From an uncultured Elusimicrobia bacterium (GTDB lineage Bacteria; Elusimicrobiota; Elusimicrobia; 2-01-FULL-59-12), in assembly GCA_963702895.1 (NCBI GenBank), contig OY969767.1, positions 64,001 to 128,000 of the forward strand: a DNA stretch of 64,000 nucleotides, given 5' to 3'. Shown here in pieces: positions 10,304-18,797 of this stretch (the first letter of the stretch is position 1; every line of letters begins with the position of its first letter). A program made the position numbers and the translations under genes. The notes under the pieces are model-generated. The model worked only from the letters and a program-made list of their open reading frames with translations, was not told the DNA's origin and searched no databases.

Positions 10304-11080
10304 CTAGGAGGAGACCGACGTATAACGCCGGGTCGCAAAACGCCAGAAGTGAAGGCTTAAGGTCAAACTTGTCATCGCCATGAAAAACGCATGCAGTAAC
10401 CAGTAGGGAGAAAGCATCCCCAGACATGCTTTCGCGGGGAAACTGATCATCACGGCGACAGGGACAATAAAGGTGAGGATCCCTCTCATGGGCGCGCTGT
10501 AGATATCCGACGGAAAACGGCCCAGGGTCATGAGGTCTCGGTAGATCCAAATCGTATTTTCCAGCTCTTGGGTGAGGACCGCCATCGACGCGACGGCGAT
10601 ATGAATGGCAGCGGCGATCAATAAACCATTCAGCGATAAAATCACATAGAGAACAATCTGAAGGAAAGACACATCGAGCTGCCGGATAATAAAGGCGGCC
10701 AGTCCAAGGATGGGGAAGATCATCAAGACGTCCAAGAAGTCAACGGTATTAAAGGCGACCCGGAAAAGAGGGCTCACGGGTTGAATGAGAAAGTAATCAA
10801 AGTCTCCTTCCCTTATGAGACCCCTGACGCCGTAGATCCCGCGAAAGAAAAGCTGGGCGACAATATCAACCACGTTAAACGTTATGAAAAATAGAGCTAT
10901 TTCTTTAATCGAGTATCCGGCAATCGCGTCCGTGTGCCGGAAAATGGAAAACAGGAAAAACAAGAAGAACCCGATCCGGACGCACTTCCCTAAGAGGTAA
11001 CCCAAGGATGAAATAAAACTTTCCGCCTGGACCAGAAAACTCATGACGGCCAAGCGCCTCCAAATCCTAAAATACCTCAT
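10304..11080 (-). CDS. ABC-2 family (DUF990-like) transporter permease
   Basis: Multi-TM protein; 'IREGDFDYFLIQPVSPLF', 'GRFPSDIY'. Start moved to MRYFRIW because the upstream extension runs into a palindromic repeat. Confidence 0.85.
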   Translation of the reverse strand: MRYFRIWRRLAVMSFLVQAESFISSLGYLLGKCVRIGFFLFFLFSIFRHTDAIAGYSIKEIALFFITFNVVDIVAQLFFRGIYGVRGLIREGDFDYFLIQPVSPLFRVAFNTVDFLDVLMIFPILGLAAFIIRQLDVSFLQIVLYVILSLNGLLIAAAIHIAVASMAVLTQELENTIWIYRDLMTLGRFPSDIYSAPMRGILTFIVPVAVMISFPAKACLGMLSPYWLLHAFFMAMTSLTLSLHFWRFATRRYTSVSS

Positions 11081-11129
11081 ACTCGAAGAAATTATTCCTT
11101 TCGCAAAAGACTTTTTTCGGAAGACTGCT

Positions 11130-11218
11130 TGGGGACGTTCCATCACAAACGTCACAAACTTCAGTCAACCAAGCGCAAGGTTCTGGGAGTTTGTGACGTT
11201 TGTGATGGAACGTCCCCA
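11130..11218. repeat. Palindromic repeat family C, copy 1
   Basis: GGGGACGTTCCATCACAAACGTCACAAACT...AGTTTGTGACGTTTGTGATGGAACGTCCCC; related copy at 62131-62202. Confidence 0.8.
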
Positions 11219-11220
11219 TG

Positions 11221-12015
11221 CTAGCTGCCGGCAGCACTGTACACTCGCAATCCTTTATTCCATACCCAGCGGGCGATGACTGAAAGGAGAGAAATCCATA
11301 AAATCTGTACAAGAATTCCGTTGACAATCTGATGCGAATCTAATTTTCCCAGGAATATCTGGAGTGGGAAGAAAATCAGATAGGGAGAGGGCAGCGCCAT
11401 AAAGATCTGCTGCGCTGTTTTGGGCAAGACATCCAGAGGGAAAAACGTGCCGGCGGTGAATTCTAAAAACAGCTCGAGAACAAAGCGTGGTCCCCAAGTC
11501 TCCGATGTCCAAAAGCCCCCGCATCCAGTCGCAAAACTAATGATGAAATAGAGCCACATGGCTCCTAGGACAGTGGCAAGGAAGGCGAGCCATTGCGTCC
11601 CCTGGGACGGCCATACGATCTGGACCTTAAATAGCCATATGAGGCCACAAACCTCGCAAACTGATGATACTAGATTGATTGATTTCTCAGATAGATCCTT
11701 AAATAGGGTGTAAAACATGAAATTCACAGGCTTTAGGAGGTAAGACGACAACCTCCCATGGTTGATTTCGGCTGTAATCTCTTCGGTCCTAGTGGCAAAG
11801 ATCAGGCTCTTCAGAACATGCATGCCCAGCACATAGGTGAGGATCTGATGACGGTCATACCCGGCAAAGGAGCTGCGGTGTCGTAAGATGGCGTCCCAAA
11901 AATAATAAAAACTCACCAAGACCACGAGCGCTCGGAAGCGTTCCACAAGAAACGTAGCGCGGCGGGTGAGCGCTTCCTGCCAGTAGATGCTAAAGATGCA
12001 CCAATACTTTTTCAT
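11221..12015 (-). CDS. ABC-2 family transporter permease
   Basis: Multi-TM; 'EINHGRLSSYLLKPVNF', 'GTFFPLDVLP'. Confidence 0.85.
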   Translation of the reverse strand: MKKYWCIFSIYWQEALTRRATFLVERFRALVVLVSFYYFWDAILRHRSSFAGYDRHQILTYVLGMHVLKSLIFATRTEEITAEINHGRLSSYLLKPVNFMFYTLFKDLSEKSINLVSSVCEVCGLIWLFKVQIVWPSQGTQWLAFLATVLGAMWLYFIISFATGCGGFWTSETWGPRFVLELFLEFTAGTFFPLDVLPKTAQQIFMALPSPYLIFFPLQIFLGKLDSHQIVNGILVQILWISLLSVIARWVWNKGLRVYSAAGS

Positions 12016-12048
12016 GTTTGTTGTCGTTCACGCGGCCGTCATCCATGC

Positions 12049-12135
12049 TGTCATCCCGGCGGATCGTTAGCCGGGATCCATCACATCATGTGCGTCGTTG
12101 ATGGACCCCGGATGACGGATCTCCGGGGTGACGGC
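12049..12135. repeat. REP-like family A (GTCATCCCGG...CCGGGGTGAC) overlapping the ATPase 3' end
   Basis: Double-hairpin palindrome; contains the stop codon at 12067. Confidence 0.8.
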
Positions 12136-12933
12136 ATTCTGGGTTGACGACATTTGGAAAGCTTCGCGCATCGCCTCCGTAAGAGAATTTTTCTTATGCA
12201 GCTCTTTGAAGGTGTCCAAACTTCCATCAAACAGTAGCCGGCCGTGGTTGATGAGCAGCACGCGTGAACAAAGCTCCGCGACATCTTCCATGTTATGACT
12301 GGTGAGAAGGATGGTGGCCTTGAAGCGCCGATTGTATTCCAGGATAAATTGGCGCACTTTCTGCTGCATCACCACATCCAGGCCGATCGTGGGCTCGTCC
12401 AGAAGAAGGACGCGCGGCCGGTGTAGGAGTGAGCAGGCAAGCTCCGCCTTCATGCGCTGACCGAGCGATAACTTTTTCACGGGGACTTCGAGCAGCTCTT
12501 CAATCTCTAAGAGGCGCGAAAGCTCCGTGAGGGTCGCCTGATACGGCTCGTCGGGAATTTCGAAAATCTCCTTGTTCAGCAGGAAGGAATCGACAGCAGG
12601 CAAGTCCCACCACAGCTGCGTGCGCTGACCCATCACCATGGTCAGCTGCCGCTGGTAGGCACTCTCTCTCTTCCAGGGAATATGTCCGAGCACTTGGGCT
12701 TCGCCGGATGTGGGGTGAAGAAGCCCGGCAAGCATCTTGAGCGTTGTCGTCTTCCCCGCTCCGTTAGGGCCAAGAAATCCGACCAATTCCCCTTCACGGA
12801 TTTGAAAGGAGATGTCTTGAACGGCGTGAACCTTACGATAGGTGCGCTTGAAGAGACCTTTGAGCGAGCCGGCGAGCCCCGCCTCTTTCTGTTCGACCAG
12901 AAAGGTCTTGGAGAGATGAGAAACTTTAATCAT
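12067..12933 (-). CDS. ABC transporter ATP-binding protein
   Basis: Walker A GPNGAGKTT, signature LSLGQ, Walker B LLLDEPT; start MIKVSHL; C-terminal tail encoded by a repeat copy. Confidence 0.92.
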   Translation of the reverse strand: MIKVSHLSKTFLVEQKEAGLAGSLKGLFKRTYRKVHAVQDISFQIREGELVGFLGPNGAGKTTTLKMLAGLLHPTSGEAQVLGHIPWKRESAYQRQLTMVMGQRTQLWWDLPAVDSFLLNKEIFEIPDEPYQATLTELSRLLEIEELLEVPVKKLSLGQRMKAELACSLLHRPRVLLLDEPTIGLDVVMQQKVRQFILEYNRRFKATILLTSHNMEDVAELCSRVLLINHGRLLFDGSLDTFKELHKKNSLTEAMREAFQMSSTQNAVTPEIRHPGSINDAHDVMDPG

Positions 12934-13993
12934 GGAGCAACTTGCCGGCTCCGGCGGAGAGCAGCTGGGCCGCCAGGCGCTCCCCGACGCCCGCCGCGTC
13001 AAAGGGCCGTCCTCGCTCGGCCGCGCGCAGGGCTTCTTTGCCATCGGGTGAAAGAACCATTCCCTTCATGACGAGACTCCCCGATTCAAGCACGGCGTGG
13101 CCGGCAATCGGGGTTTGGCAGCTGCCTCCCAACCCTTTGAGAAAGGCACGCTCCGCGAGCACAGCCTGATGAGAAGGGGCATGATCAATTGCCTTCAGAT
13201 AGGGGGCCATGGCGGCGTCCCCTTTCCGGACTTCAAGGGCGAGCGCCCCTTGGCCGATAGCCGGCAGAAGGACCTCGGGCGAAAGCACTTCCGTGATGTC
13301 CTTGGCCCGCCCCAGGCGTTTGAGCCCGGCCGCGGCCAGGATGATGCCGTCCAGATGTTCTTCCTGGAGCTTGCGAAGCCGCGTGTCCACGTTGCCGCGC
13401 AGGGGAACGATCTCGAGATCGGGTCTGGCCGCTTTGAGCTGAGCCATACGCCTGGCCGCTCCCGTTCCGACGCGCGCGCCATGCCTCAGTTTGCTGAAGG
13501 GGGTATTGTCTTTGGAGATCCAAGCGTCATAGGGATTTTCTCTCTCCGGGACAGCCCCCAGCACAAGGCCTTGGGGCAGCTCGGCGGACATGTCTTTTAA
13601 GGAGTGAACGGCGAGATCGATCCTCTTTTGAAGCAGCGCGTCTTCCAATTCCTTGGTGAAAAGGGCTTTGAGCCCGCCTTTGATGTTCTCCCCTCCATCC
13701 ATTCCCCTCATGGTGTCATCCCCCCCGGTTGTAAGGGGGGGATCCATCAATCCTGGAAATGATGGATCCCGGCTGACGGCATGCCGGGATGACGGCAAAG
13801 AGGTGTCGCCCGGGGGGGATGACGACAGTGCTGAGGCATCCGCCGTGGATGACGACATCTTGTCGCCGGTTGTCGTGATCAGGACGAGTTCGATCTCAAG
13901 CCCTGCAAAGGCCTCTTGGAGTCGCGCGGCCACCCACTTGGCCTGGGTTTGCGCCAGCACGCTCTTGCGGGTCCCTAAGCGGAGCGTTTTCAC
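12926..13993 (-). CDS. hemC: Hydroxymethylbilane synthase (porphobilinogen deaminase) with in-frame repeat insertion
   Basis: LGTRKS.LA, TTGD, LFTKELE, AVHSLKD, LRGNVDTRL, GGSCQTPI; ~50 extra aa between TTGDK and LFTKELE. Confidence 0.95.
   Translation of the reverse strand: MKTLRLGTRKSVLAQTQAKWVAARLQEAFAGLEIELVLITTTGDKMSSSTADASALSSSPPGDTSLPSSRHAVSRDPSFPGLMDPPLTTGGDDTMRGMDGGENIKGGLKALFTKELEDALLQKRIDLAVHSLKDMSAELPQGLVLGAVPERENPYDAWISKDNTPFSKLRHGARVGTGAARRMAQLKAARPDLEIVPLRGNVDTRLRKLQEEHLDGIILAAAGLKRLGRAKDITEVLSPEVLLPAIGQGALALEVRKGDAAMAPYLKAIDHAPSHQAVLAERAFLKGLGGSCQTPIAGHAVLESGSLVMKGMVLSPDGKEALRAAERGRPFDAAGVGERLAAQLLSAGAGKLLHD
13714..13856. repeat. REP-like family A copy and remnants inside hemC
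   Basis: TGTCATCCCCCCCGGTTGTAAGGGGGGGATCCATC...GATGGATCCCGGC...GCCGGGATGACGGC. Confidence 0.85.
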
Positions 13994-13995
13994 AG

Positions 13996-15084
13996 CTAAT
14001 CAGCGGTTGTGACCGGAGGGGTACTGAGGACGGCAGTTGGTGCTCGATGCTTGAGGCCCGTCAGGACGCCATTTCGGTGAGCGCGCAGCCAGCGGATAAA
14101 TTCTCGCGTTTCTTCCTTAACGATTTGCAGGGCGGAGTCGGCTTCTTTGGCCCGCTGAGCGTTGTTGGCGGCCACCATATGCTCAAGATTGTTGATGTTG
14201 TAGAGATAGACATTCTCGATGTCGTTCACGGAAGGCTCCACGTCACGCGGCATGGCGATGTCGATCAAAAAAAGCGAGCGGCCTTTGCGCAGGTCCATGA
14301 TCTGCTCGATATGGCGCCTGGTGATGACGGCGTGCGGCGCGGCCGTCGAGCAAATCACGATGTCCACCTCGCTCATCTTCCGCAGTCCCTCTTCAAAAGG
14401 CAGGGCTGAACCGTTGAAGCGTTTGGCCAGCTCACATGCCCGATCAAACGTCCGGTTGGCGACCAGAATCGATTGCGCGTGCTGCGCCATGAGATGTTTG
14501 GCCGTGACTTCGGCCATTTCGCCTGCTCCCAATATCATAATCTGGCGATCGCGGAGCTCTCCAAAGATGCGCGTCGCCATCCCAACAGCAATGCTTCCTA
14601 CGGAAGCAGCGCCCTCTCCGAGGGCGGTTTCGGTTCTGACTCGCTTTCCCACATACAAGCTCCGCTGAAAAAGAACATTCAGGAGTTTGCCGGTCACGCC
14701 AGCTTGCTGGGCGATTTGGTACGCCTGTTTCACCTGCGCGAGGATTTCATGCTCGCCTTTGACCATGGAGTCAAGCCCCGCGGCGACGGAGAAGAGGTGC
14801 AGTACCGCCGCGTCGCTTTCGTGGAAATACAGATACTGAGGGAGGGCCCCGAGATGAGCATGCTGCACCAGAAGCCCCTCGAGAGCCTCTCTGGCCCGGA
14901 CACGGTTTTGGGCCCGAACGTAGAGCTCGGTTCGATTGCATGTTGAAAGGCACACGAGCTCTTCAACGTCCGCTTTGGTTTTCCATTCGTGGAGTGTGGC
15001 AGGCAGCTCCTGCGCCGCCAGGGTGAGCTTCTCGCGGATGTCCAGCGGCGCGCTTTCGTGATTAAGCCCCAAGACAAAAGGCAT
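13996..15084 (-). CDS. hemA: Glutamyl-tRNA reductase (short form)
   Basis: GLNHESAP, LSTCNRTE, GLDSMVKGEHEIL.Q, GAGEMA, DIAMPRDVE; start overlaps the upstream TGA (TGATG). Confidence 0.95.
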   Translation of the reverse strand: MPFVLGLNHESAPLDIREKLTLAAQELPATLHEWKTKADVEELVCLSTCNRTELYVRAQNRVRAREALEGLLVQHAHLGALPQYLYFHESDAAVLHLFSVAAGLDSMVKGEHEILAQVKQAYQIAQQAGVTGKLLNVLFQRSLYVGKRVRTETALGEGAASVGSIAVGMATRIFGELRDRQIMILGAGEMAEVTAKHLMAQHAQSILVANRTFDRACELAKRFNGSALPFEEGLRKMSEVDIVICSTAAPHAVITRRHIEQIMDLRKGRSLFLIDIAMPRDVEPSVNDIENVYLYNINNLEHMVAANNAQRAKEADSALQIVKEETREFIRWLRAHRNGVLTGLKHRAPTAVLSTPPVTTAD

Positions 15085-15545
15085 CAGCGCCCTCCTTGCG
15101 CGTGCAGCGGGCTCAAGAAAGGCAGCGTGACGAGCGCGGTTAAAATCACCGCGAAACCGATCAGAGCAAGATACGTCGAGCGACGTCCGCGCCATCCCAA
15201 GGTCCAGCGAGTGACGAGATAGATGGCATAGATTGTCCAGGTCAGAAAAGAGAGGGTTTCGGATGGATCGTACCCCCAGTAGCTCTTGCGCGTAAAGATG
15301 GCCCAGTGGCCCCCCAGGAGAATTCCTAGGGTCAACAGGGGAAATGATATGGCGATCATCCGGTAAATAAAGCGGTCCAGAGTCTCCAGCGGCGGCAGTC
15401 GTGATGTGATGGCATCGACGTCATGACTTTTGATCCGATGTTCCTGGACCAAAAACAGGATGCCGGCGCCCGCGGCCAGAAGAAAGAGAACACAGGAAGC
15501 AAAGATAAAAGGCACATGCAGCAAGATCCAAGGCGGGGGTTTCAT
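15084..15545 (-). CDS. Cytochrome c assembly (CcsA/HemX-like) membrane protein, short
   Basis: 'LPPLETLDR', 'FPLLTLGILLG..WA', 'WGYDP.E', 'GWRGRR'; typical position upstream of hemA. Confidence 0.8.
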   Translation of the reverse strand: MKPPPWILLHVPFIFASCVLFLLAAGAGILFLVQEHRIKSHDVDAITSRLPPLETLDRFIYRMIAISFPLLTLGILLGGHWAIFTRKSYWGYDPSETLSFLTWTIYAIYLVTRWTLGWRGRRSTYLALIGFAVILTALVTLPFLSPLHAQGGR

Positions 15546-15643
15546 AGCAAGCCTTCTGGAATCATTCCTTGAAATTTCACCGAACGTTCGCGATTCCCTT
15601 AAGTGACGGGAGAATCGCTCAAAACAGGGGCCGGGTTTCCAGC

Positions 15644-16648
15644 CTAAGCGGGGACCGGCACATCGGGAACGGCCTGTTCTTTCTTGCGAAGCAAGCCTTC
15701 AAACTCCTCCAGCACATGTTTGTCCCACCAGCCTTTGTTGACCTCATCCCACATGATCTCCAGGGCGATATCCGGGGGCAGCCGCTTGCGGTAAGAGCGC
15801 GTGGTGGTTAAGGCATCGTAGATGTCGACAATCGTCATAATACGGGCCAAGAGCGGAATATCCTCGCCCGAGAGCTGATCGGGGTAGCCGGTTCCGTCCA
15901 GACGCTCGTGATGGTGGCGGATCACGGGGATGGCGCCCTTGATCGATTTCAGCTTTTCGCAGATTTTGGCGCCTTGTCCCGGATGCATCCGGATGATCTT
16001 GCGCTCCTCCGTTGTTAAAGGCCCCGCCTTGTTTAGAATTCTGTCCGGCACGCCGATTTTCCCGATATCGTGGAGGATGCCTCCTTTTCGGAGGGAATCG
16101 ATCTCATCCTCCCCAAGGCCCAAGTGCTCGCCCAGGCTCACCGCCATTTGCGAGACGCGCTCCACATGGCCCTGGGTGTAGGCATCCTTCGCTTCAATGG
16201 CGCGAGCCATGGAAAAGAGAACGGCTTCTGCGGAGTCCAGCTGCTCATTGAGATACTTCACTTTAAGAAGAGATTTGATGCGGGTGACGAGCTCCACCGT
16301 GTTGTAGGGTTTGTTCACAAAATCATCGGCCCCCGCCTCGAGGGCCTCGAGCTTCTTCTCGAAATCGGAGTGGGCGGTGAGCATGATGACCGGGGTGAGG
16401 CGCGCCTCCTCGTCATTTTTGAGCTGCCGGCACATGGAAATGCCGTCCATGCGGGGCATATTGACGTCTAAAAGGAGGATATCGGGCGAAAGCAATTTCA
16501 TTTTCTCGAGCCCTTCGACGCCATCACGAGCCACAGCAACAGAAAACCCCTTGGAGACAAGAATCGGCTCAAGAATGCCAACGGCATGAGGATCATCTTC
16601 AACCAGGAGGACTTTCGCTCCTGCGAAGGAATGGCCGGACGGTAGCAT
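15644..16648 (-). CDS. Response regulator with HD-GYP c-di-GMP phosphodiesterase domain (RpfG family)
   Basis: REC domain (VEDD, LLDVNMP, KP); HDIGKIG; HHERLDGTGYP. Confidence 0.92.
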   Translation of the reverse strand: MLPSGHSFAGAKVLLVEDDPHAVGILEPILVSKGFSVAVARDGVEGLEKMKLLSPDILLLDVNMPRMDGISMCRQLKNDEEARLTPVIMLTAHSDFEKKLEALEAGADDFVNKPYNTVELVTRIKSLLKVKYLNEQLDSAEAVLFSMARAIEAKDAYTQGHVERVSQMAVSLGEHLGLGEDEIDSLRKGGILHDIGKIGVPDRILNKAGPLTTEERKIIRMHPGQGAKICEKLKSIKGAIPVIRHHHERLDGTGYPDQLSGEDIPLLARIMTIVDIYDALTTTRSYRKRLPPDIALEIMWDEVNKGWWDKHVLEEFEGLLRKKEQAVPDVPVPA

Positions 16649-16672
16649 GGATTTATTGTATCACCTTTTCAC

Positions 16673-16857
16673 AGACCGCAAGCCGGCGTGGATCCGACGA
16701 GGCAGGCCCCTCTGCCGCGTAAAAACGCGATCAAAAGCGGGGTGTCGCACCCGCCATTTTCCCCCTTGAAAAGGAAGTGGACCCCTGTTAGCCTTCCCGA
16801 GTCTGTCGGGGGTCGCCCTTCCTGAGTTGTAAGGGTCCTGGTTCACCGCAGCAATCT
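16673..16857 (-). ncRNA. Candidate structured RNA (~185 nt), identity unknown
   Basis: Termini pair (AGAUUGC/GCGGUCU and CGGUG/CGCCG, with G-U pairs on the minus strand) and enclose several hairpins. Confidence 0.35.
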
Positions 16858-16880
16858 TGATCACTTGATTGAGGTCCATT

Positions 16881-17099
16881 ATGGAAAAACATGTTTTGCT
16901 TGGCAGTCTCTTTTTACGCATCGCGTCGATCTACGCTGGCACGACGCACAGTGACCTGGCCGCGCATCGGAAGCACCGTAGGCGGAAGAAAGTGGATCAC
17001 GAGGACGTGCTGGAGAAAGCGCGCTGGAAAGTGGAGCTCCTTTCGAAGACCACAGAAGAGGCTTCTCACAAAGCCAACGGATCGGGAAAACTTAATTAG
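16881..17099 (+). CDS. Small basic hypothetical protein
   Basis: GAGG upstream of ATG; 72 aa; no recognised motif. Confidence 0.3.
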   Translation: MEKHVLLGSLFLRIASIYAGTTHSDLAAHRKHRRRKKVDHEDVLEKARWKVELLSKTTEEASHKANGSGKLN

Positions 17100-17101
17100 G
17101 A

Positions 17102-17310
17102 TGTCACCCCGGCGGTTGTAAGCCGGGGTCTATCAACAGAGTGACAGACATGATGGATCCCGGGTCTCCACAAGACCGGCGACCCTCCGCCACACGACAG
17201 GCGGAGAGCTCCGCCACAAGGCAGGCGGACCAGCCTGTAGTGTGGCTGGGCCTGGTGGGTGGCGCTCGGCCCGCCGGGTGTGTGGAGGGCCGGCTTTCGC
17301 CGGGATGACA
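17102..17310. repeat. Nested composite REP-like element (family A with internal inserts)
   Basis: TGTCACCCCGG...CCGGGATGACA termini; internal GTCTCCACAAG...TGGAGGGCCGG module and TCCGCCA...GGCGGA hairpins. Confidence 0.8.
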
Positions 17311-18411
17311 TCAGAGGCACGCCAGCGGTGTGTAAGGGAGCTTCTGGGCATCCGCGACGGGACGGCATAAGACTTTTCCCCCATGCGTTTGAATCCCCTT
17401 CGCTAGTCCGGGTGCCTCTCTGAGCACTCTCGTGAGGCTTGTCTCTGTCAGCACACGCACATACGCCAGGGACACGTTCGTCAGCGCCAGGGTCGAGGTC
17501 CGCCCATAGGCGCCCGGCATGTTGGGGACCGCGTAATGAAGGACATTCTCCTCGATATAGGTCGGTTTTGCGTGGCTCGTAGGGTGTGAGGTTTCAGAAC
17601 TACCCCCTTGGTCGATCGCCACATCGATGATCACGCTCCGAGGTTTCATCCTTTTCACCATGGCGCGTGTGACGAGCCGCGGCGTGCGGGCGCCCGGGAT
17701 GTGGACCGCGCCAATCAGGATGTCGGCGGTACTCACGGCGTTTCGAATGGCGACGGGATCGGCCATAAGGGTTTCCACGTGAGGCATAATCTCGTCCAAA
17801 TAGCGCATGCGGTCGGATCGTCGCTCGAGGATCGTGACATGGGATCCCATGCCGAGCGCTACGCGCGCCGCGTTTTCCCCCACCGTCCCGCCGCCCAGGA
17901 CCACCACATGGGCCGGGAGAACCCCGGGCATTCCTCCAAAGAGGATGCCGCGTCCACCCTGAGGATTGGCTTGGTAATAAGCGCCCATGAGCGCAGCGAT
18001 GCGGCCGGCGATCTCCGACATCGGTTCCAAGATCGGGAGATTCCCTTTGTCGTCTTCCACGGTCTCGTAGGCGATGGCGGTGACATGCCGCCGCAAAAGA
18101 GCTTTCACGAGCGGCGGGTTGGGTGCTAAGTGTAAGAAGGTAAAGAGAATCTGCTTGGGCCTGAAGTATTTGAATTCCTGGGGGAGCGGCTCTTTCACTT
18201 TGACGATGAGGTCTGCGCTCCAGGCGCGCCGGGCATCGACAAGCGTCGCCCCGGCTTTTCGGTATTCGGCGTCGGAGAAGCCCGCGTGCTCGCCGGCGCT
18301 TTTTTGGATGAGGACCCGATGGCCAAGGCTCTGCAGGGACTCGGCGCCGCCCGGGGTGAGCGCGACGCGAAATTCGCCGCTCTTAATTTCTTTAGGTATC
18401 CCTATTAACAT
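17311..18411 (-). CDS. ald: Alanine dehydrogenase
   Basis: [51 protein letters not shown]. Confidence 0.95.
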   Translation of the reverse strand: MLIGIPKEIKSGEFRVALTPGGAESLQSLGHRVLIQKSAGEHAGFSDAEYRKAGATLVDARRAWSADLIVKVKEPLPQEFKYFRPKQILFTFLHLAPNPPLVKALLRRHVTAIAYETVEDDKGNLPILEPMSEIAGRIAALMGAYYQANPQGGRGILFGGMPGVLPAHVVVLGGGTVGENAARVALGMGSHVTILERRSDRMRYLDEIMPHVETLMADPVAIRNAVSTADILIGAVHIPGARTPRLVTRAMVKRMKPRSVIIDVAIDQGGSSETSHPTSHAKPTYIEENVLHYAVPNMPGAYGRTSTLALTNVSLAYVRVLTETSLTRVLREAPGLAKGIQTHGGKVLCRPVADAQKLPYTPLACL

Positions 18412-18491
18412 AGATGGTCGTGATTAGGTGAGTAAGTGATTAAGTGATTGGGGGAAAGACAATCCACCCCTTCATCCCCTAATCACGCACC

Positions 18492-18668
18492 TTAACCTTG
18501 AAGTTTCCCCCCCATGGACCATTTTTCACGCTCCACATCTTCAAAGACAATCCAGGTATGGTCATCGGTGATTTTGCAATGTTTGCTGATCACCTGGGTG
18601 AGCTCTTTGGCGAGCGCTTCTTTCACTTCTTTGGGTCTTGGAAACATGGAAATACGAACAAAGGGCAT
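18492..18668 (-). CDS. 4-oxalocrotonate tautomerase family protein (58 aa, not in the ORF track)
   Basis: MPFVRISMFPRPKEVKEALAKELTQVISKHCKITDDHTWIVFEDVEREKWSMGGKLQG; Pro-1 and W..GG end; SD AAGGAGG. Confidence 0.85.
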   Translation of the reverse strand: MPFVRISMFPRPKEVKEALAKELTQVISKHCKITDDHTWIVFEDVEREKWSMGGKLQG

Positions 18669-18685
18669 GCCGTCCTCCTTCTTTC

Positions 18686-18794
18686 TGTCATCCCCGAGGT
18701 CGTCATCGGGGATCCATCATACCAACGTCATACCGGCGGAAGCCGGTATCCATTATTGCCCATGATAGACCCCGGCTTTCGCCGGGGTGACGGC
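18686..18794. repeat. REP-like family A copy
   Basis: GTCATACCGGCGGAAGCCGGTATCCAT...GACCCCGGCTTTCGCCGGGGTGACGGC. Confidence 0.85.
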
Positions 18795-18797
18795 AAG

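Noticed and set aside
13714..13856. Inteins or introns in hemC, mnmE or mnmG
   Set aside because: The insertions are too short, lack intein terminal motifs and match intergenic palindromic repeats.
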